From contig CAYYOT010000012.1 of the NCBI GenBank assembly GCA_964473255.1, positions 17,927 through 81,926 of the forward strand: a DNA stretch of 64,000 bases, read 5' to 3'. The DNA comes from an uncultured Myxococcales bacterium (GTDB taxonomy: Bacteria; Myxococcota; Kuafuiibacteriia; Kuafuiibacteriales; Kuafuiibacteriaceae). The translations under genes and the position numbers were made by a program. Positions within the stretch are counted from its first letter, which is position 1, and the number at the start of each line of letters is the position of its first letter. Under the pieces are notes generated by a model that did no database searches, had not been told where the DNA came from, and saw nothing but the letters and a program-made list of their open reading frames with translations. Below are positions 46,256 to 56,558 of the stretch, piece by piece.

Positions 46256-47418
46256 TCGGGATAGAGAAGCCATGCCTGCCGAGCTTCGGCAAAGGCGTCG
46301 ACCTCCTGATCGAGTCGAACCGCAATCTCGTCGAAGCTCACCCGCGCCTCGATCATCGAGCGTATCTCGTCGGTGCCGAAGAGCAGGTCGATGGCCAGCC
46401 GATCGGACACGAACTCGTACGGTTCGGTCCTCCAGGCGAACGATGCTTCTCCCCCGACCGACCACAGGAGAGCGGCGGCCGAACGGACCGACCGGAAGCG
46501 GTCCCGGTCGACCACGTGCAGCTGGAGTCCTCGACATGTCTGCCCGCCGAACTTCTGGAACATGGGCTTGAACTCGGTCGGTCGGAGGCGCACGCCATCC
46601 GAGACCAAAGGTGTGGCCGCCCGTCGCCACGCCTCCGGATCGACCCACGGCGCTCCCACCAGCTCGAAGGGACGCGTCGTCCCGCGCCCTTCCGACATTT
46701 GCGTTCCTTCGAACAAGCACTGGCCCGGATAGACGGTCGCCGTATCCAAGGTGGGCATGTTGGGTGACGGCTGGACCCAGGGCACGCCGGTGTCGTCGAA
46801 GAAGCTCTGTCGCGACCAGCCCTCCATCCGCACCACTTCGAGCTCCAGATCCAGGCCGCGTTCATCTTTCGTCATCACCGCGAGCTCGCCGAGCGTCAGT
46901 CCGTGGCGGATGGGTACGGTGAGCTCGCCGACGAAGGATCGAAAGCGCTCGCTCAGGATGGGTCCCTCCAGGTCCGCCCCGCGCCCCCCCAGCGGATTCG
47001 GACGATCCAGGATCACGACCGACACCGAAGCTCGGGCGGCCGCCTCCATGACGTAGGCCACGGTGGCGGCATACGTGTAGTAGCGAGCCCCGACGTCCTG
47101 GAGGTCCACGACGACAACGTCCAGGCCGGACAGATCGTCGGCCGAGGGTCTCAACGACGATTCGTCGTCCCCGTACAGGGAGAGGACCGCAGGTCCGCTC
47201 GACCCCACGGGCTCCATGTCCTGGGCCACGCCCGAAAAGCCATGCTCGGGTCCCAGGAGCAACGGAACGTCGATACCAGCCGACAGGAGAAGGTCGAGTG
47301 CGTGATGAAGATGGGCGTCGACCGATGCCGCGTGGGCCAACAGACCCACCCGACGGCCTTTCAGTCGGGAAAACGACTCGCGGGCAAGGATGTCGAGACC
47401 ACAACGGACCTGAGCCAT
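46249..47418 (-). CDS. DUF1343 (NamZ-like exo-beta-N-acetylmuramidase) family protein
   Basis: LLGPEHGF and VVDLQDVGARYYTY motifs recalled from the DUF1343/YbbC family. Confidence 0.65.
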   Translation of the reverse strand: MAQVRCGLDILARESFSRLKGRRVGLLAHAASVDAHLHHALDLLLSAGIDVPLLLGPEHGFSGVAQDMEPVGSSGPAVLSLYGDDESSLRPSADDLSGLDVVVVDLQDVGARYYTYAATVAYVMEAAARASVSVVILDRPNPLGGRGADLEGPILSERFRSFVGELTVPIRHGLTLGELAVMTKDERGLDLELEVVRMEGWSRQSFFDDTGVPWVQPSPNMPTLDTATVYPGQCLFEGTQMSEGRGTTRPFELVGAPWVDPEAWRRAATPLVSDGVRLRPTEFKPMFQKFGGQTCRGLQLHVVDRDRFRSVRSAAALLWSVGGEASFAWRTEPYEFVSDRLAIDLLFGTDEIRSMIEARVSFDEIAVRLDQEVDAFAEARQAWLLYPDQ

Positions 47419-47491
47419 GGAAGAGAGGTATCGGTCGACGGCGCCTCCATCAAGATTGACCGAGGCCGGCGTCGCTCGCTAGGGCGGCTCC

Positions 47492-48358
47492 ATGGCGCGA
47501 GCCAGCATCATCGACGGCAAAGGCATCGCGGCAAAGGTTCGCTCGGAAGTGAAGGCCCAGGTGGCGGACCTGGAGCCGAGGTTCGGCATCACCCCCCACC
47601 TGGCCGTGGTGCTGGCGAGCGACGATGGAGCCAGTGCGATCTACGTCCGCAACAAAGGCAAGGCGGCCGCTGAGGTCGGTATACGCTCGACCCAGCATAC
47701 CTTGGATCCGGCCACGAGTGCCGAGGAGCTACTGCTCCTGATCGACCGGCTCAACGCCGACGACGACGTCGACGGGATCCTGGTCCAGCTTCCCTTGCCC
47801 GGGCAGCACGACACCGAAACGGTCATTCAACGGATCCGGGCGGACAAGGACGTCGATGGCCTACATCCCATCAACGCAGGTCGCCTCAGCCGCGGGGACG
47901 AGTCGTCCGCCCTCGTTCCCTGCACGCCGCGCGGGAGCATACGCCTCCTGGAGGAGGCCGACACCGAGATCAGCGGGGCGCGGGCCGTCGTCGTCGGACG
48001 CTCGCGACTCGTCGGCCGACCGATGGCCGATCTCTTGGTGAACCGGCACGCCACGATCACGATCTGCCACAGCCGCACCCGGGACCTCCCGGACCGGGTT
48101 CGCGAAGCCGACATCGTCATCGCGGCTCTCGGACGGGCCGAGTTCATCAAGGGGAGCTGGCTGAAGTTCGGAGCGACCGTCATCGACGTGGGCATCAACC
48201 GGAACGACGCGGGAAAGCTGGTGGGAGACGTCGCATTCGTTCCCGCCCTCGAGCGGGCGCGAGCCATCACGCCTGTGCCCAAGGGTGTGGGGCCCATGAC
48301 GATCGCCTACCTCCTGAAGAACACCGTGGTCGCCTTCGAACGACGGAGATCCGCATGA
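47492..48358 (+). CDS. folD: bifunctional methylene-THF dehydrogenase/cyclohydrolase
   Basis: GILVQLPLP motif and VVVGRSRLVGRPMA NADP-binding motif. Confidence 0.9.
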   Translation: MARASIIDGKGIAAKVRSEVKAQVADLEPRFGITPHLAVVLASDDGASAIYVRNKGKAAAEVGIRSTQHTLDPATSAEELLLLIDRLNADDDVDGILVQLPLPGQHDTETVIQRIRADKDVDGLHPINAGRLSRGDESSALVPCTPRGSIRLLEEADTEISGARAVVVGRSRLVGRPMADLLVNRHATITICHSRTRDLPDRVREADIVIAALGRAEFIKGSWLKFGATVIDVGINRNDAGKLVGDVAFVPALERARAITPVPKGVGPMTIAYLLKNTVVAFERRRSA

Positions 48359-49455
48359 CCGATTCCAAGCTCGCCCAGACGCCTCTTCACGCGTCCCACG
48401 TCGCCGCCGGAGCCAAGATGGTTCCGTTCGCCGGCTACGAGATGCCGGTGCAGTATACCGGGGTCATCGACGAGCACCTCAACGTGCGAACGAACGTCGG
48501 TCTCTTCGACGTATCGCACATGGGGGAGGTCGAGTTCCGTGGTCCCGGGGCGGCCGAAGTCCTGAGCACCATCGTGACTCAGGACATCACCTCCCTAGCG
48601 GATGGCCAGGCCTGCTATACCGTCATGTGCACGCCCGACGCCGGCATCATCGATGACCTGGTCGTGTACCGCTTCGCTGCCGACCACGTGCTGATCTGCG
48701 TGAATGCCGCCCGCCGTGAGCGTGATGTCGCATGGATGCAGGAGCAGAATGCTGGGCGCTGTGATGTCCACGATGTCAGCGACCAGTTTGCGCAGATCGC
48801 GGTGCAGGGACCGAAGGCGGCCGAGCTCATCCGTCGGGTGGCCGAGCGGGACCCGACCGCGACCGCGACGTATCACTTCGTGACGGGCGGGGTCCTGGGC
48901 GCCGATTGCATCATCGCCCGAACGGGCTACACCGGTGAGGACGGCTTCGAGCTGTACGTTCCCTCCGAACGGGGAAACGACGTCTGGAACGGTTTGATGG
49001 AGCACGGGGCGGAGCTCGGCGTCAAACCCGCAGGTCTCGGCGCTCGCGACTCCCTTCGCCTCGAGATGTGCTTCCCGCTGTACGGCAACGACATCGACGA
49101 AACGACCCACCCCTACGAAGCAGGTCTCGGCTGGGTCGTGAAGCTCAAGAAGGGCCCCGACTTCATCGGCAAGGCGAGACTCTCGGAGCTCAAACAGGAA
49201 GGTCCCCGTCGCAAGCTGAGCCCCTTACGGATCCTCGGCCGCGGCATCGCGCGTCCTGGTTACGAGGTGATGGACCAAGGACGAACGGTCGGCGTGGTCA
49301 CGTCGGGCACGAAAGGACCATCGGTGGGCGAAGCGATCGCCCTGGCGTATCTCCCCGCGGAGTCATCATCCCCGGGCTCTCGAGTGGATGTTTCCATCCG
49401 CGGCCGGAACGTCGAAGCCGAAGTGGTACCTCGTCCCTTCTTGAAGAGGCCGTGA
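48355..49455 (+). CDS. gcvT: glycine cleavage system T protein (aminomethyltransferase)
   Basis: TPLH...[18 protein letters not shown]-terminus. 4-nt overlap with folD. Confidence 0.9.
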   Translation: MTDSKLAQTPLHASHVAAGAKMVPFAGYEMPVQYTGVIDEHLNVRTNVGLFDVSHMGEVEFRGPGAAEVLSTIVTQDITSLADGQACYTVMCTPDAGIIDDLVVYRFAADHVLICVNAARRERDVAWMQEQNAGRCDVHDVSDQFAQIAVQGPKAAELIRRVAERDPTATATYHFVTGGVLGADCIIARTGYTGEDGFELYVPSERGNDVWNGLMEHGAELGVKPAGLGARDSLRLEMCFPLYGNDIDETTHPYEAGLGWVVKLKKGPDFIGKARLSELKQEGPRRKLSPLRILGRGIARPGYEVMDQGRTVGVVTSGTKGPSVGEAIALAYLPAESSSPGSRVDVSIRGRNVEAEVVPRPFLKRP

Positions 49456-49534
49456 GCATCGTCCCGCATCGAATTCAGAAGCCCGCTGGGCTTGACCTAG
49501 AGCGAATCCTCTCCCAACCATCCTTTCGGCCATC

Positions 49535-49930
49535 ATGGACAAACACTTTCCGGAAAACCTCCTGTACACCAAAGAACACGAATGGTGCCGCGTCGAAGGC
49601 GACGTCGCGACCATAGGAATCACGTGGCACGCGCAAGACGCGCTCGGGGACATCGTTTTCTGCGAGCTCCCCAATCCGGACGAAGAACTGGTTGCAGGTC
49701 AGGCTTTCGGCGTCGTCGAGTCCGTCAAGGCCGTCTCCGACCTGTACGCTCCGCTGTCGGGGGTCATCACCGAGCGCAACGACGACATCATCGAGTCGCC
49801 CGCCGGACTCAATGACGACCCGTACGACGACGGGTGGCTGCTCAAACTCAAGCTGAAGGACGCCTCCGAAGTAGACAAGCTCATGAGCAAGGCAGACTAC
49901 GAAAAGTTCTTGGAAGACAGCGAGACCTGA
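49535..49930 (+). CDS. gcvH: glycine cleavage system H protein
   Basis: Lipoyl-lysine motif VESVKAVSDLYAPLSG. Confidence 0.9.
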   Translation: MDKHFPENLLYTKEHEWCRVEGDVATIGITWHAQDALGDIVFCELPNPDEELVAGQAFGVVESVKAVSDLYAPLSGVITERNDDIIESPAGLNDDPYDDGWLLKLKLKDASEVDKLMSKADYEKFLEDSET

Positions 49931-49933
49931 GCG

Positions 49934-51250
49934 TCAGCGTCCAAAGAGAGACGGCGGACGCATCACCACGACGAACTGAAAGCTGAACCGAATGCTCCCG
50001 TCGGATTCGACGATGCCCGACGGGGGATTGGGGAACGGCTGAGCCTCGCGTATCGAAGCAATGGCGGCGCGATCCAGGAAATCGAGCCCGCAGGACTTGG
50101 CGACCTCGACTGAATCCAAACGCCCCTCGCGGTCGAGAACGATGGAGAGCAACGTGGCCCGGTTCCGCTGGCCGTAGATGGCACCGGTCGGGTCGCGTCG
50201 ACTGTACTCTCGCTGGGTGATGTCCCGCCAGTACCCCTCGACGCTGTCCTTCACCCGGATGAAGAACGTGGCGTACTTGAACTCCTTGGTGTTGAGGAAC
50301 GTCCCCTCACCCTCGGGCACATTCTCCACGTAGTCGGTGGAGGGCGACCCATTCAGTCGCGCAACCGTACCCAACGTCGGGCGCAAGGCCTCCAGGGAAG
50401 GAAGTCCACTTCCCCCACCCCGGCGGCCACGGCTCTTGCCATCGCCGTCGTCGTCGGAGCTGCCCCGTCCCGAGGGGTCGCCCATCTGGTAGCGAAAGCG
50501 GTCCGCGTTACCGCGGAGCGCTTCCGTCCCGGTCTGCTCCCGCAGGGACTGCGTCATGCCCGGGAGCTCCGACAACTTGAGTTTCAGCTCCCGCTGCTTC
50601 TTCAGGTCGGGCACTTCGAGGACAAACTGTTTTTTGCCCTTCCCTTTGCCGCCTTCCCCGTCCGTCTTCCCGCCGCCCTTACCCTCGCCGTTCGCCTCGA
50701 GCCCGAACGTCTTCTGGGCGTTGGGCCGCGGAGTCACGGCCTTGCGTTGAAGCTTGTTGGTCCGCCGCTTGAGATTCGGATCGCGGTCTTCGAGTCGTGC
50801 CGTCGTCTCCTTGTCGACGTTGGAGTTATGCCGCCCGAGGTACTTCGCGTCGGGGTTGGGAGAGTCGTCGCGGGTCGCAGGCACGTCGACGACCTGACCC
50901 CGGGGGCGATCCGACTTCGGTGACTTCTTTTCGGGTTCGGGGGTTGGCTCGGCAGCCTTGCGGGCCGTGCTCGCCGAGGAGCGCTTCTTTTGGGCTCTCT
51001 CGGACCGGGCTCGCTCGGCGATCGAACGGGCGCGGGACAGGCCCTCCTGCCAGGCGGCCGCGGGGAGGCGGACCATCTTCACCGGTTCGTCCGGCCGATA
51101 GGTCGGTGCCATATACCGGACGAGCATGGACCGGACCGGGATGTACAAGGCGGCGTGGATGCTGGCCGACAGCCCCAAGGCGATGGGAAGGGTCCAGGAC
51201 CCCCATGAAAGCCTGCGACGCCGCATCGGAGGGTTTTCGGAAATTAGCAC
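49934..51250 (-). CDS. TonB-family energy-transducer-like protein
   Basis: N-terminal TM. Lys/Gly/Pro-rich periplasmic linker. C-terminal TonB-C-like fold (LLSIVLDREGRLDSVEVAKSCGLDFLDRAAIASIREA...IRFSFQFVV). Confidence 0.55.
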   Translation of the reverse strand: MLISENPPMRRRRLSWGSWTLPIALGLSASIHAALYIPVRSMLVRYMAPTYRPDEPVKMVRLPAAAWQEGLSRARSIAERARSERAQKKRSSASTARKAAEPTPEPEKKSPKSDRPRGQVVDVPATRDDSPNPDAKYLGRHNSNVDKETTARLEDRDPNLKRRTNKLQRKAVTPRPNAQKTFGLEANGEGKGGGKTDGEGGKGKGKKQFVLEVPDLKKQRELKLKLSELPGMTQSLREQTGTEALRGNADRFRYQMGDPSGRGSSDDDGDGKSRGRRGGGSGLPSLEALRPTLGTVARLNGSPSTDYVENVPEGEGTFLNTKEFKYATFFIRVKDSVEGYWRDITQREYSRRDPTGAIYGQRNRATLLSIVLDREGRLDSVEVAKSCGLDFLDRAAIASIREAQPFPNPPSGIVESDGSIRFSFQFVVVMRPPSLFGR

Positions 51251-51400
51251 CGGGGTCGCGAGCCTGCCAACGGAACCCGGACGCTTGTGCTTCTTGACGA
51301 GGGCAGTTCCGACCTCTAGGGTCCGCCGTCTCGTAGCGTCCGAGTGCCGCCGAGGCGCCCCGTGCGGGGCCTACCCGGTTCGGACCGAGGAGATAGCGAC

Positions 51401-52070
51401 CATGGAACGGTTGGGATTGATCGGAAAGAAAATTGGCATGACCCAGATCTTCGAAAACGGGGTCCGGATTCCGGTCACCGTCGTGGAGCTGGGCTCGAAC
51501 GTGGTCGTCCAGAAGAAGACCACCGAGTCGAAAGATGGCTACGCCGCCCTGCAGTTGGGTTTCGACGAGGTCGAACACCGGAAGGTCTCGAAGCCCATGC
51601 AAGGGCATTTCCGGAAGTCTGATGTCAAACCCGTGCGATTGCTGCGCGAGTTCCGTCTCGGGGACGAAGACGTACAGGGCTACGAGGTCGGGCAGGACAT
51701 CACGGCCGACATCTTCTCCGAAGGCGAGATCGTCGACGTCACCGGAACGTCCAAGGGTAAGGGCTTTCAGGGCGTGATTCGCCGGTACGGCATGAAGGGT
51801 GCGAAGCAGGCGACGCACGGCACGCACGAGCAGTTCCGACACGTGGGGTCGATCGGTTGCCGTACGACACCCGGTGAGGTCCACAAGGGCAAGCGACTGC
51901 CGGGCCACATGGGTAACAAGCGAGTAACCACCCAAAATGTTCGCGTGGTGAAGATCGACCTCGACAATGGCCGGCTCCTGATTCGCGGGTCGGTGCCGGG
52001 TCCCCGCAACGGGTACGTCGTCGTCCGCAAATCGGCCAAGAAGCCCGGCAAGGTCGTCGACGCCGCCTGA
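51401..52070 (+). CDS. rplC: 50S ribosomal protein L3
   Basis: GLIGKKIGMTQIF...VTGTSKGKGFQGVIRR...HGTHEQFRHVGSIG matches uL3. GAGGAG RBS at 51387. Confidence 0.85.
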
Positions 52071-52078
52071 TCGCCTTC

Positions 52079-52720
52079 GTGTCCCGCTCTCGCTACGAGA
52101 AACAGGACCGTTTCCACCAACAAGCCAAGAAGGACAACTGGGCGGCGCGCTCGGTGTACAAGCTCGAGGAGCTGGACCGTCGGTACGGTCTGGTTCGCCG
52201 TGGCCAGCGCGTCGTGGACTTCGGCTGTGCCCCGGGGTCGTGGCTTCAGTACCTGGGTCGAGCGGTCGGAAAGCGCGGTGCGGTCGTGGGATACGACGTC
52301 GAGGCGGTGTCCGTCGCGGGGGGGCCTCACGTCCGGACCTTCGAGGCGAGCGTGACCCAGCTGGACGCCGACCGGATCCTCAGGGACCTCTACGAGCTGG
52401 CTCACGGTCGGACCGACGACCATGTTCCGCCGTCTTTTCGAGCCCACCTCGTCGTCTCCGACATGGCCCCGAAGCTCACGGGCATCCGGGATGCCGACCA
52501 GGCCAAGTCGGTGGAGCTGGTGACGTCAGCGCTGTCTCTCGCCGCCGAGCTCCTGCCGGCCGGCGACGGCAAGTTCGCCGCCAAGCTCTTTCAGGGCCGG
52601 GACACCGACGCCTTCCTGAACGACGTTCGAGCGCGCTTCAAGACGGTCAAGCTCGTCAAGCCCGAAGCAACCCGAGCCGGAAGTCGAGAGGTCTTCGTGA
52701 TCGGAGTAGAGCGCCGCTGA
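52079..52720 (+). CDS. rlmE: 23S rRNA (Um2552) 2'-O-methyltransferase RlmE/FtsJ
   Basis: YKLEELD...VVDFGCAPGSWLQY...DMAP motifs. Confidence 0.85.
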   Translation: MSRSRYEKQDRFHQQAKKDNWAARSVYKLEELDRRYGLVRRGQRVVDFGCAPGSWLQYLGRAVGKRGAVVGYDVEAVSVAGGPHVRTFEASVTQLDADRILRDLYELAHGRTDDHVPPSFRAHLVVSDMAPKLTGIRDADQAKSVELVTSALSLAAELLPAGDGKFAAKLFQGRDTDAFLNDVRARFKTVKLVKPEATRAGSREVFVIGVERR

Positions 52721-52721
52721 C

Positions 52722-54020
52722 CTATCGGTCGCACTCGCCGCCGATCATGTTGATGGAGCCAAACGTCGGAACGACATCGGCGAGCATCTGCCCCTGAACC
52801 AGCATCGGCAGCGAAGCGGTTAGCACGAAAGAGGGCGGACGCACGCGGATCTTCCAAGGGCGGCCCCCACCGGTCGAGACCACGTAGAATCCCAGCTCAC
52901 CGTTGGCCCCTTCCTGGTAGGCGTAGGCTTCGCCGGCCGGGACCTGGATACCATCGATCACCAGCTTGAAGTGGTTCATCAACTCTTCGATGGCCACGTG
53001 CACCTTGCTCTTGTCGGGCATCATGACGCGCGCATCATTGACCATGATGTCCGGCTCGGTGTCGCCGATCTGGTCCAGGCACTGGAGAATTATCTTCCGA
53101 GACTCCTGGAGCTCGGCCATGCGCACTAGGTATCGGTCATAGTTGTCGCCGTTTTCACCAACGGGGACATCGAAGTTCAGTCGGCCGTAGACATCGTAAG
53201 GGGACGAGCGACGGACATCGTAGGCCACGCCGGTGCTACGGAGGCAAGGACCGGTCCATCCCCAGTCGATGGCGTCACGAGGTTTCATGGCGCCGATCCC
53301 GACCGTGCGCTGCATGAAGATTTTGTTCTTCGTGAGCAGCGTGTGGACGTCGTCCATCAGCATTGCGACGCGGTCGAGCCGCTGGCGCAGCGAAGCAGCG
53401 AAGCCCTCGGGCAGGTCGGCCACGACGCCCCCGATGCGGGCATAGGCCACCGTCAGTCGAGCACCACACAACTCTTCCACGGCATCCCACAGCGTGTCCC
53501 GAGCCTCGATGAGGTACAGCATCCCGGTGAAGGCACCGAGTTCCATGGTCGCTGCGCCGACGCACGTGCAGTGATCGCTCATCCGCGAGAGCTCGGCTGC
53601 GATCGTGCGCAGGTACTTGGCCCGCTCCGGGATGTCCATGTCGAAGAGCTTCTCGACCGCGGCCGCGTACGCGTTGTTGTTGATGAGCGGCGACACGTAG
53701 TTGAGTCGGTCGGTATACGGAAACACCATCGTCCAGGTCGCGTTTTCGCAGCTCTTCTCGAAACCGCGATGCAGGTAGCCGGGCTCGACGTCCAGCTGCT
53801 CGATGGTCTCGCCATCGACCACGACCCGCATCTTGATGGTCCCGTGCATCGCGGGGTGCGATGGGCCCAAGTCGATCATCATCTTGCTGGAGCCCTCGGG
53901 GGGCTCGTCAACGGGCCCGATCAGAGGCAGCGAGCTGCGTTCCCCTTTGGGAACTTCGACCGTCTGGCGAATCGGTGCGTCCATCGCTCGCAATGTCCTG
54001 AATGCACTCCGAGCAGTCAA
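52722..54020 (-). CDS. nuoD: NADH-quinone oxidoreductase subunit D-like protein (orphan)
   Basis: MMIDLGPSHPAMHGTIKM...EPGYLHRGFEK matches NuoD/Nqo4. The start is possibly at an internal Met. Confidence 0.7.
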   Translation of the reverse strand: MTARSAFRTLRAMDAPIRQTVEVPKGERSSLPLIGPVDEPPEGSSKMMIDLGPSHPAMHGTIKMRVVVDGETIEQLDVEPGYLHRGFEKSCENATWTMVFPYTDRLNYVSPLINNNAYAAAVEKLFDMDIPERAKYLRTIAAELSRMSDHCTCVGAATMELGAFTGMLYLIEARDTLWDAVEELCGARLTVAYARIGGVVADLPEGFAASLRQRLDRVAMLMDDVHTLLTKNKIFMQRTVGIGAMKPRDAIDWGWTGPCLRSTGVAYDVRRSSPYDVYGRLNFDVPVGENGDNYDRYLVRMAELQESRKIILQCLDQIGDTEPDIMVNDARVMMPDKSKVHVAIEELMNHFKLVIDGIQVPAGEAYAYQEGANGELGFYVVSTGGGRPWKIRVRPPSFVLTASLPMLVQGQMLADVVPTFGSINMIGGECDR

Positions 54021-54469
54021 ATCAAACCCCGTAAGCGGCGGCGGATCAGTCGGGTCCGGTTTCGCATGAGGCGCGCCTCCTCCGGGGCGTCATGGTCGTA
54101 GCCGAGGAGATGAAGCGTTCCGTGGACGGCGAGAAGCTCGAGCTCAGCATCGAGCTCGGTTCCTCGCCCCGTCGCTTGGGCCCGGGCTCGTTCCACGCTG
54201 ATCACGACGTCTCCGAGCGGCGCGTCGACGGCAGGCGCGGCGGGGGCCTCGCCTTCGTCGAAAGCGAACGCCAGGACGTCGGTCGCCTGGTCACGGCCGC
54301 GGTAGACCCGGTTCAGCTCTCGGACCTCTCGGTCGTCCGTAAGCAGGACCGACACTTCCCGCTCGCTGGCGTTCTCGACGGCCAAGGTGGCCTCGATCGC
54401 CCGACGAATCTGGCGGGCCGACCCGCCGCGAGCCCCGACCCGGCGACGGCGGGTGAGACCGATGCTCAC
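54017..54469 (-). CDS. ybeY: rRNA maturation endoribonuclease YbeY
   Basis: HGTLHLLGYDH zinc-binding motif. The track ORF is N-terminally over-extended, with a likely GTG start at about 54469. Confidence 0.7.
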   Translation of the reverse strand: MSIGLTRRRRVGARGGSARQIRRAIEATLAVENASEREVSVLLTDDREVRELNRVYRGRDQATDVLAFAFDEGEAPAAPAVDAPLGDVVISVERARAQATGRGTELDAELELLAVHGTLHLLGYDHDAPEEARLMRNRTRLIRRRLRGLI

Positions 54470-54538
54470 CCGACCCCCGGGACCGCTCGTGTCAAGCGAG
54501 CCTGGACGGGACGGGACGTTGTCGGTAGACGAGCGCTC

Positions 54539-56515
54539 ATGACGCCTTGGACCACGCGGGATTCCGCCGAGCTGTACAACATCGGTGGCTGGAGCAACGG
54601 CTACTTCGACGTCAGTGACCAGGGCAACATCGTGCTCACCCAGGCCGTCACCAAGAAGCACGACCTGGACCTGAAAGACCTGGTCGATGATCTGGTGCGT
54701 CGAGGCCTCTCCATGCCTCTACTCCTCCGCTTCTCCGACATTTTCAGCCGCCGCATCGAAGAGCTCCACACGGCCTTCCGCGAGCGCATCAAGGAGTATG
54801 ACTACCAGGGGCGCTATCAGCTCGTCATGCCAATCAAGGTCAACCAGCAGCGCCATGTCGTCGAGGAGCTCCTCGAATTCGGGCGCTCCTACGACGTGGG
54901 CCTCGAAGCCGGCAGTAAACCGGAACTGCTGGTAGCGGTGGCTCTCCTTGGTCAGAGCAATGGAATCATCGTTTGCAACGGCTACAAGGACACGGCGTAC
55001 ATCGAGACCGCCCTCCTGTCCCAGAGGCTCGGGGTGAAAACGTTGATCATCGTCGACCGATATCAGGAGCTGAAAGAGATCATCGATGCCTCCAAGCGCC
55101 TCGGCATCGAGCCCAACATTGGCTTACGAGCCAAGCTGAGCACCAAGGGCAGCGGTCGGTGGGCCGAATCGGGAGGTGACCGCTCGAAGTTCGGCCTGAC
55201 GGCCGGCGAGATGGTGCGCGCGATTCGCCAGCTCGAATCGCAGGACATGGTGCAGAACCTCCGCTGTCTGCACTTCCACATTGGCTCGCAGATCACGGCG
55301 ATCCGGGCCGTGAAGGACGCCCTGAGCGAAGCGACTCGGATATTCATCGACCTTCATCGCATGGGCGCGAAGATGGACTACATCGACGTCGGCGGCGGCT
55401 TGGCCGTGGACTACGACGGCTCCAAATCCAACTTCCATGCTTCAAAGAACTACAGCCTGGAAGAGTACGCGGCCGACGTCGTCTATTCCCTGAGCGTGGC
55501 CTTGGACGAAGCCGGTGTTCCTCACCCCACCATCATCTCCGAGTCGGGACGGGCACTGGTGGCCCATCACTCGGTGCTGGTGTTCGACGTCCTCGGCCAC
55601 AGCGAAAATCCTCCGGCCATGCCCCCCCCGCCGGCCGACGACGAAACCGAACATCAACTGCTCGAGGAGTTGCGCGAGGTTGCCGCTACCGTCACCCGAA
55701 AGAACTACCAGGAAGCTTATCACGACGCGGTACAGCTGAAGGAGGATGCGATGTCGCTCTACCGGCACGGCATCCTCGATCTCGAGGACCGAGCGATCGT
55801 GGAGCAACTGTTTCGCGTGACGGCCCGAAAGATATGGAAGCTCGTCCGGGAGCTGGACTACGTGCCCGAGGACGTCGAATCACTCGAGCGCCACCTCTCG
55901 GACATCTACTACTGCAACTTCTCGCTATTTCAGAGCGTGCCCGATTCTTGGGCCGTCAAGGCACTGTTTCCCGTCGTGCCTCTCCACCGCCTGAACGAAG
56001 AGCCCACTCGAAGAGCGATCCTCGCCGACCTGACGTGCGACAGCGACGGAAAGATGGACCAGTTCATCGGTCTCCACGACGTCAAGGACACGCTGGAGCT
56101 GCACGCCCTGAGTGACGAAGAGCCGTACGTCCTCGGTGTGTTCTTGGTTGGCGCATACCAGGAGGTCCTGGGCGACCTACATAACTTGTTTGGCGACGTG
56201 AACGCGGTGCACATCGCCTGTACGGACGATGGGTATCGGGTCAAGCACGTGGTCGAAGGAGACACGGTCAAAGACGTTCTCGGCTACGTCGCCTATGACC
56301 AGCGCCTGATGATGACTCGGCTGCGCGACGGCATCGAGTCGGCCTTGAATCGCGGCAGCATGACCTTCGAGCAGAGCGCTGCCCTGGTGCGACACTACGA
56401 GGCCGGTCTGGCCGGGTATACCTACCTCGAGAATCGAGCCCACGCCGAGCGCCTGCTGGGCGCCCTGGGCTCGCATCCCCCCCTGCGCCTGGTCGACCGC
56501 TCTCAATCTCCTTGA
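54539..56515 (+). CDS. speA: biosynthetic arginine decarboxylase
   Basis: 658 aa from ATG 54539. SpeA-type PLP fold-III decarboxylase (MPIKVNQQ, GGGLAVDYDG). Confidence 0.85.
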   Translation: MTPWTTRDSAELYNIGGWSNGYFDVSDQGNIVLTQAVTKKHDLDLKDLVDDLVRRGLSMPLLLRFSDIFSRRIEELHTAFRERIKEYDYQGRYQLVMPIKVNQQRHVVEELLEFGRSYDVGLEAGSKPELLVAVALLGQSNGIIVCNGYKDTAYIETALLSQRLGVKTLIIVDRYQELKEIIDASKRLGIEPNIGLRAKLSTKGSGRWAESGGDRSKFGLTAGEMVRAIRQLESQDMVQNLRCLHFHIGSQITAIRAVKDALSEATRIFIDLHRMGAKMDYIDVGGGLAVDYDGSKSNFHASKNYSLEEYAADVVYSLSVALDEAGVPHPTIISESGRALVAHHSVLVFDVLGHSENPPAMPPPPADDETEHQLLEELREVAATVTRKNYQEAYHDAVQLKEDAMSLYRHGILDLEDRAIVEQLFRVTARKIWKLVRELDYVPEDVESLERHLSDIYYCNFSLFQSVPDSWAVKALFPVVPLHRLNEEPTRRAILADLTCDSDGKMDQFIGLHDVKDTLELHALSDEEPYVLGVFLVGAYQEVLGDLHNLFGDVNAVHIACTDDGYRVKHVVEGDTVKDVLGYVAYDQRLMMTRLRDGIESALNRGSMTFEQSAALVRHYEAGLAGYTYLENRAHAERLLGALGSHPPLRLVDRSQSP

Positions 56516-56558
56516 AGGCCCGCAAGCTCGGCTGCTATAGGGTCGAGCGGCGCATCCG

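Noticed and set aside
47405-47491. Possible glycine riboswitch upstream of folD-gcvT-gcvH
   Set aside because: The intergenic region is only about 70 nt and lacks the conserved GGAGAG...CACCGAAGG...CTCTGGAGAG aptamer cores.
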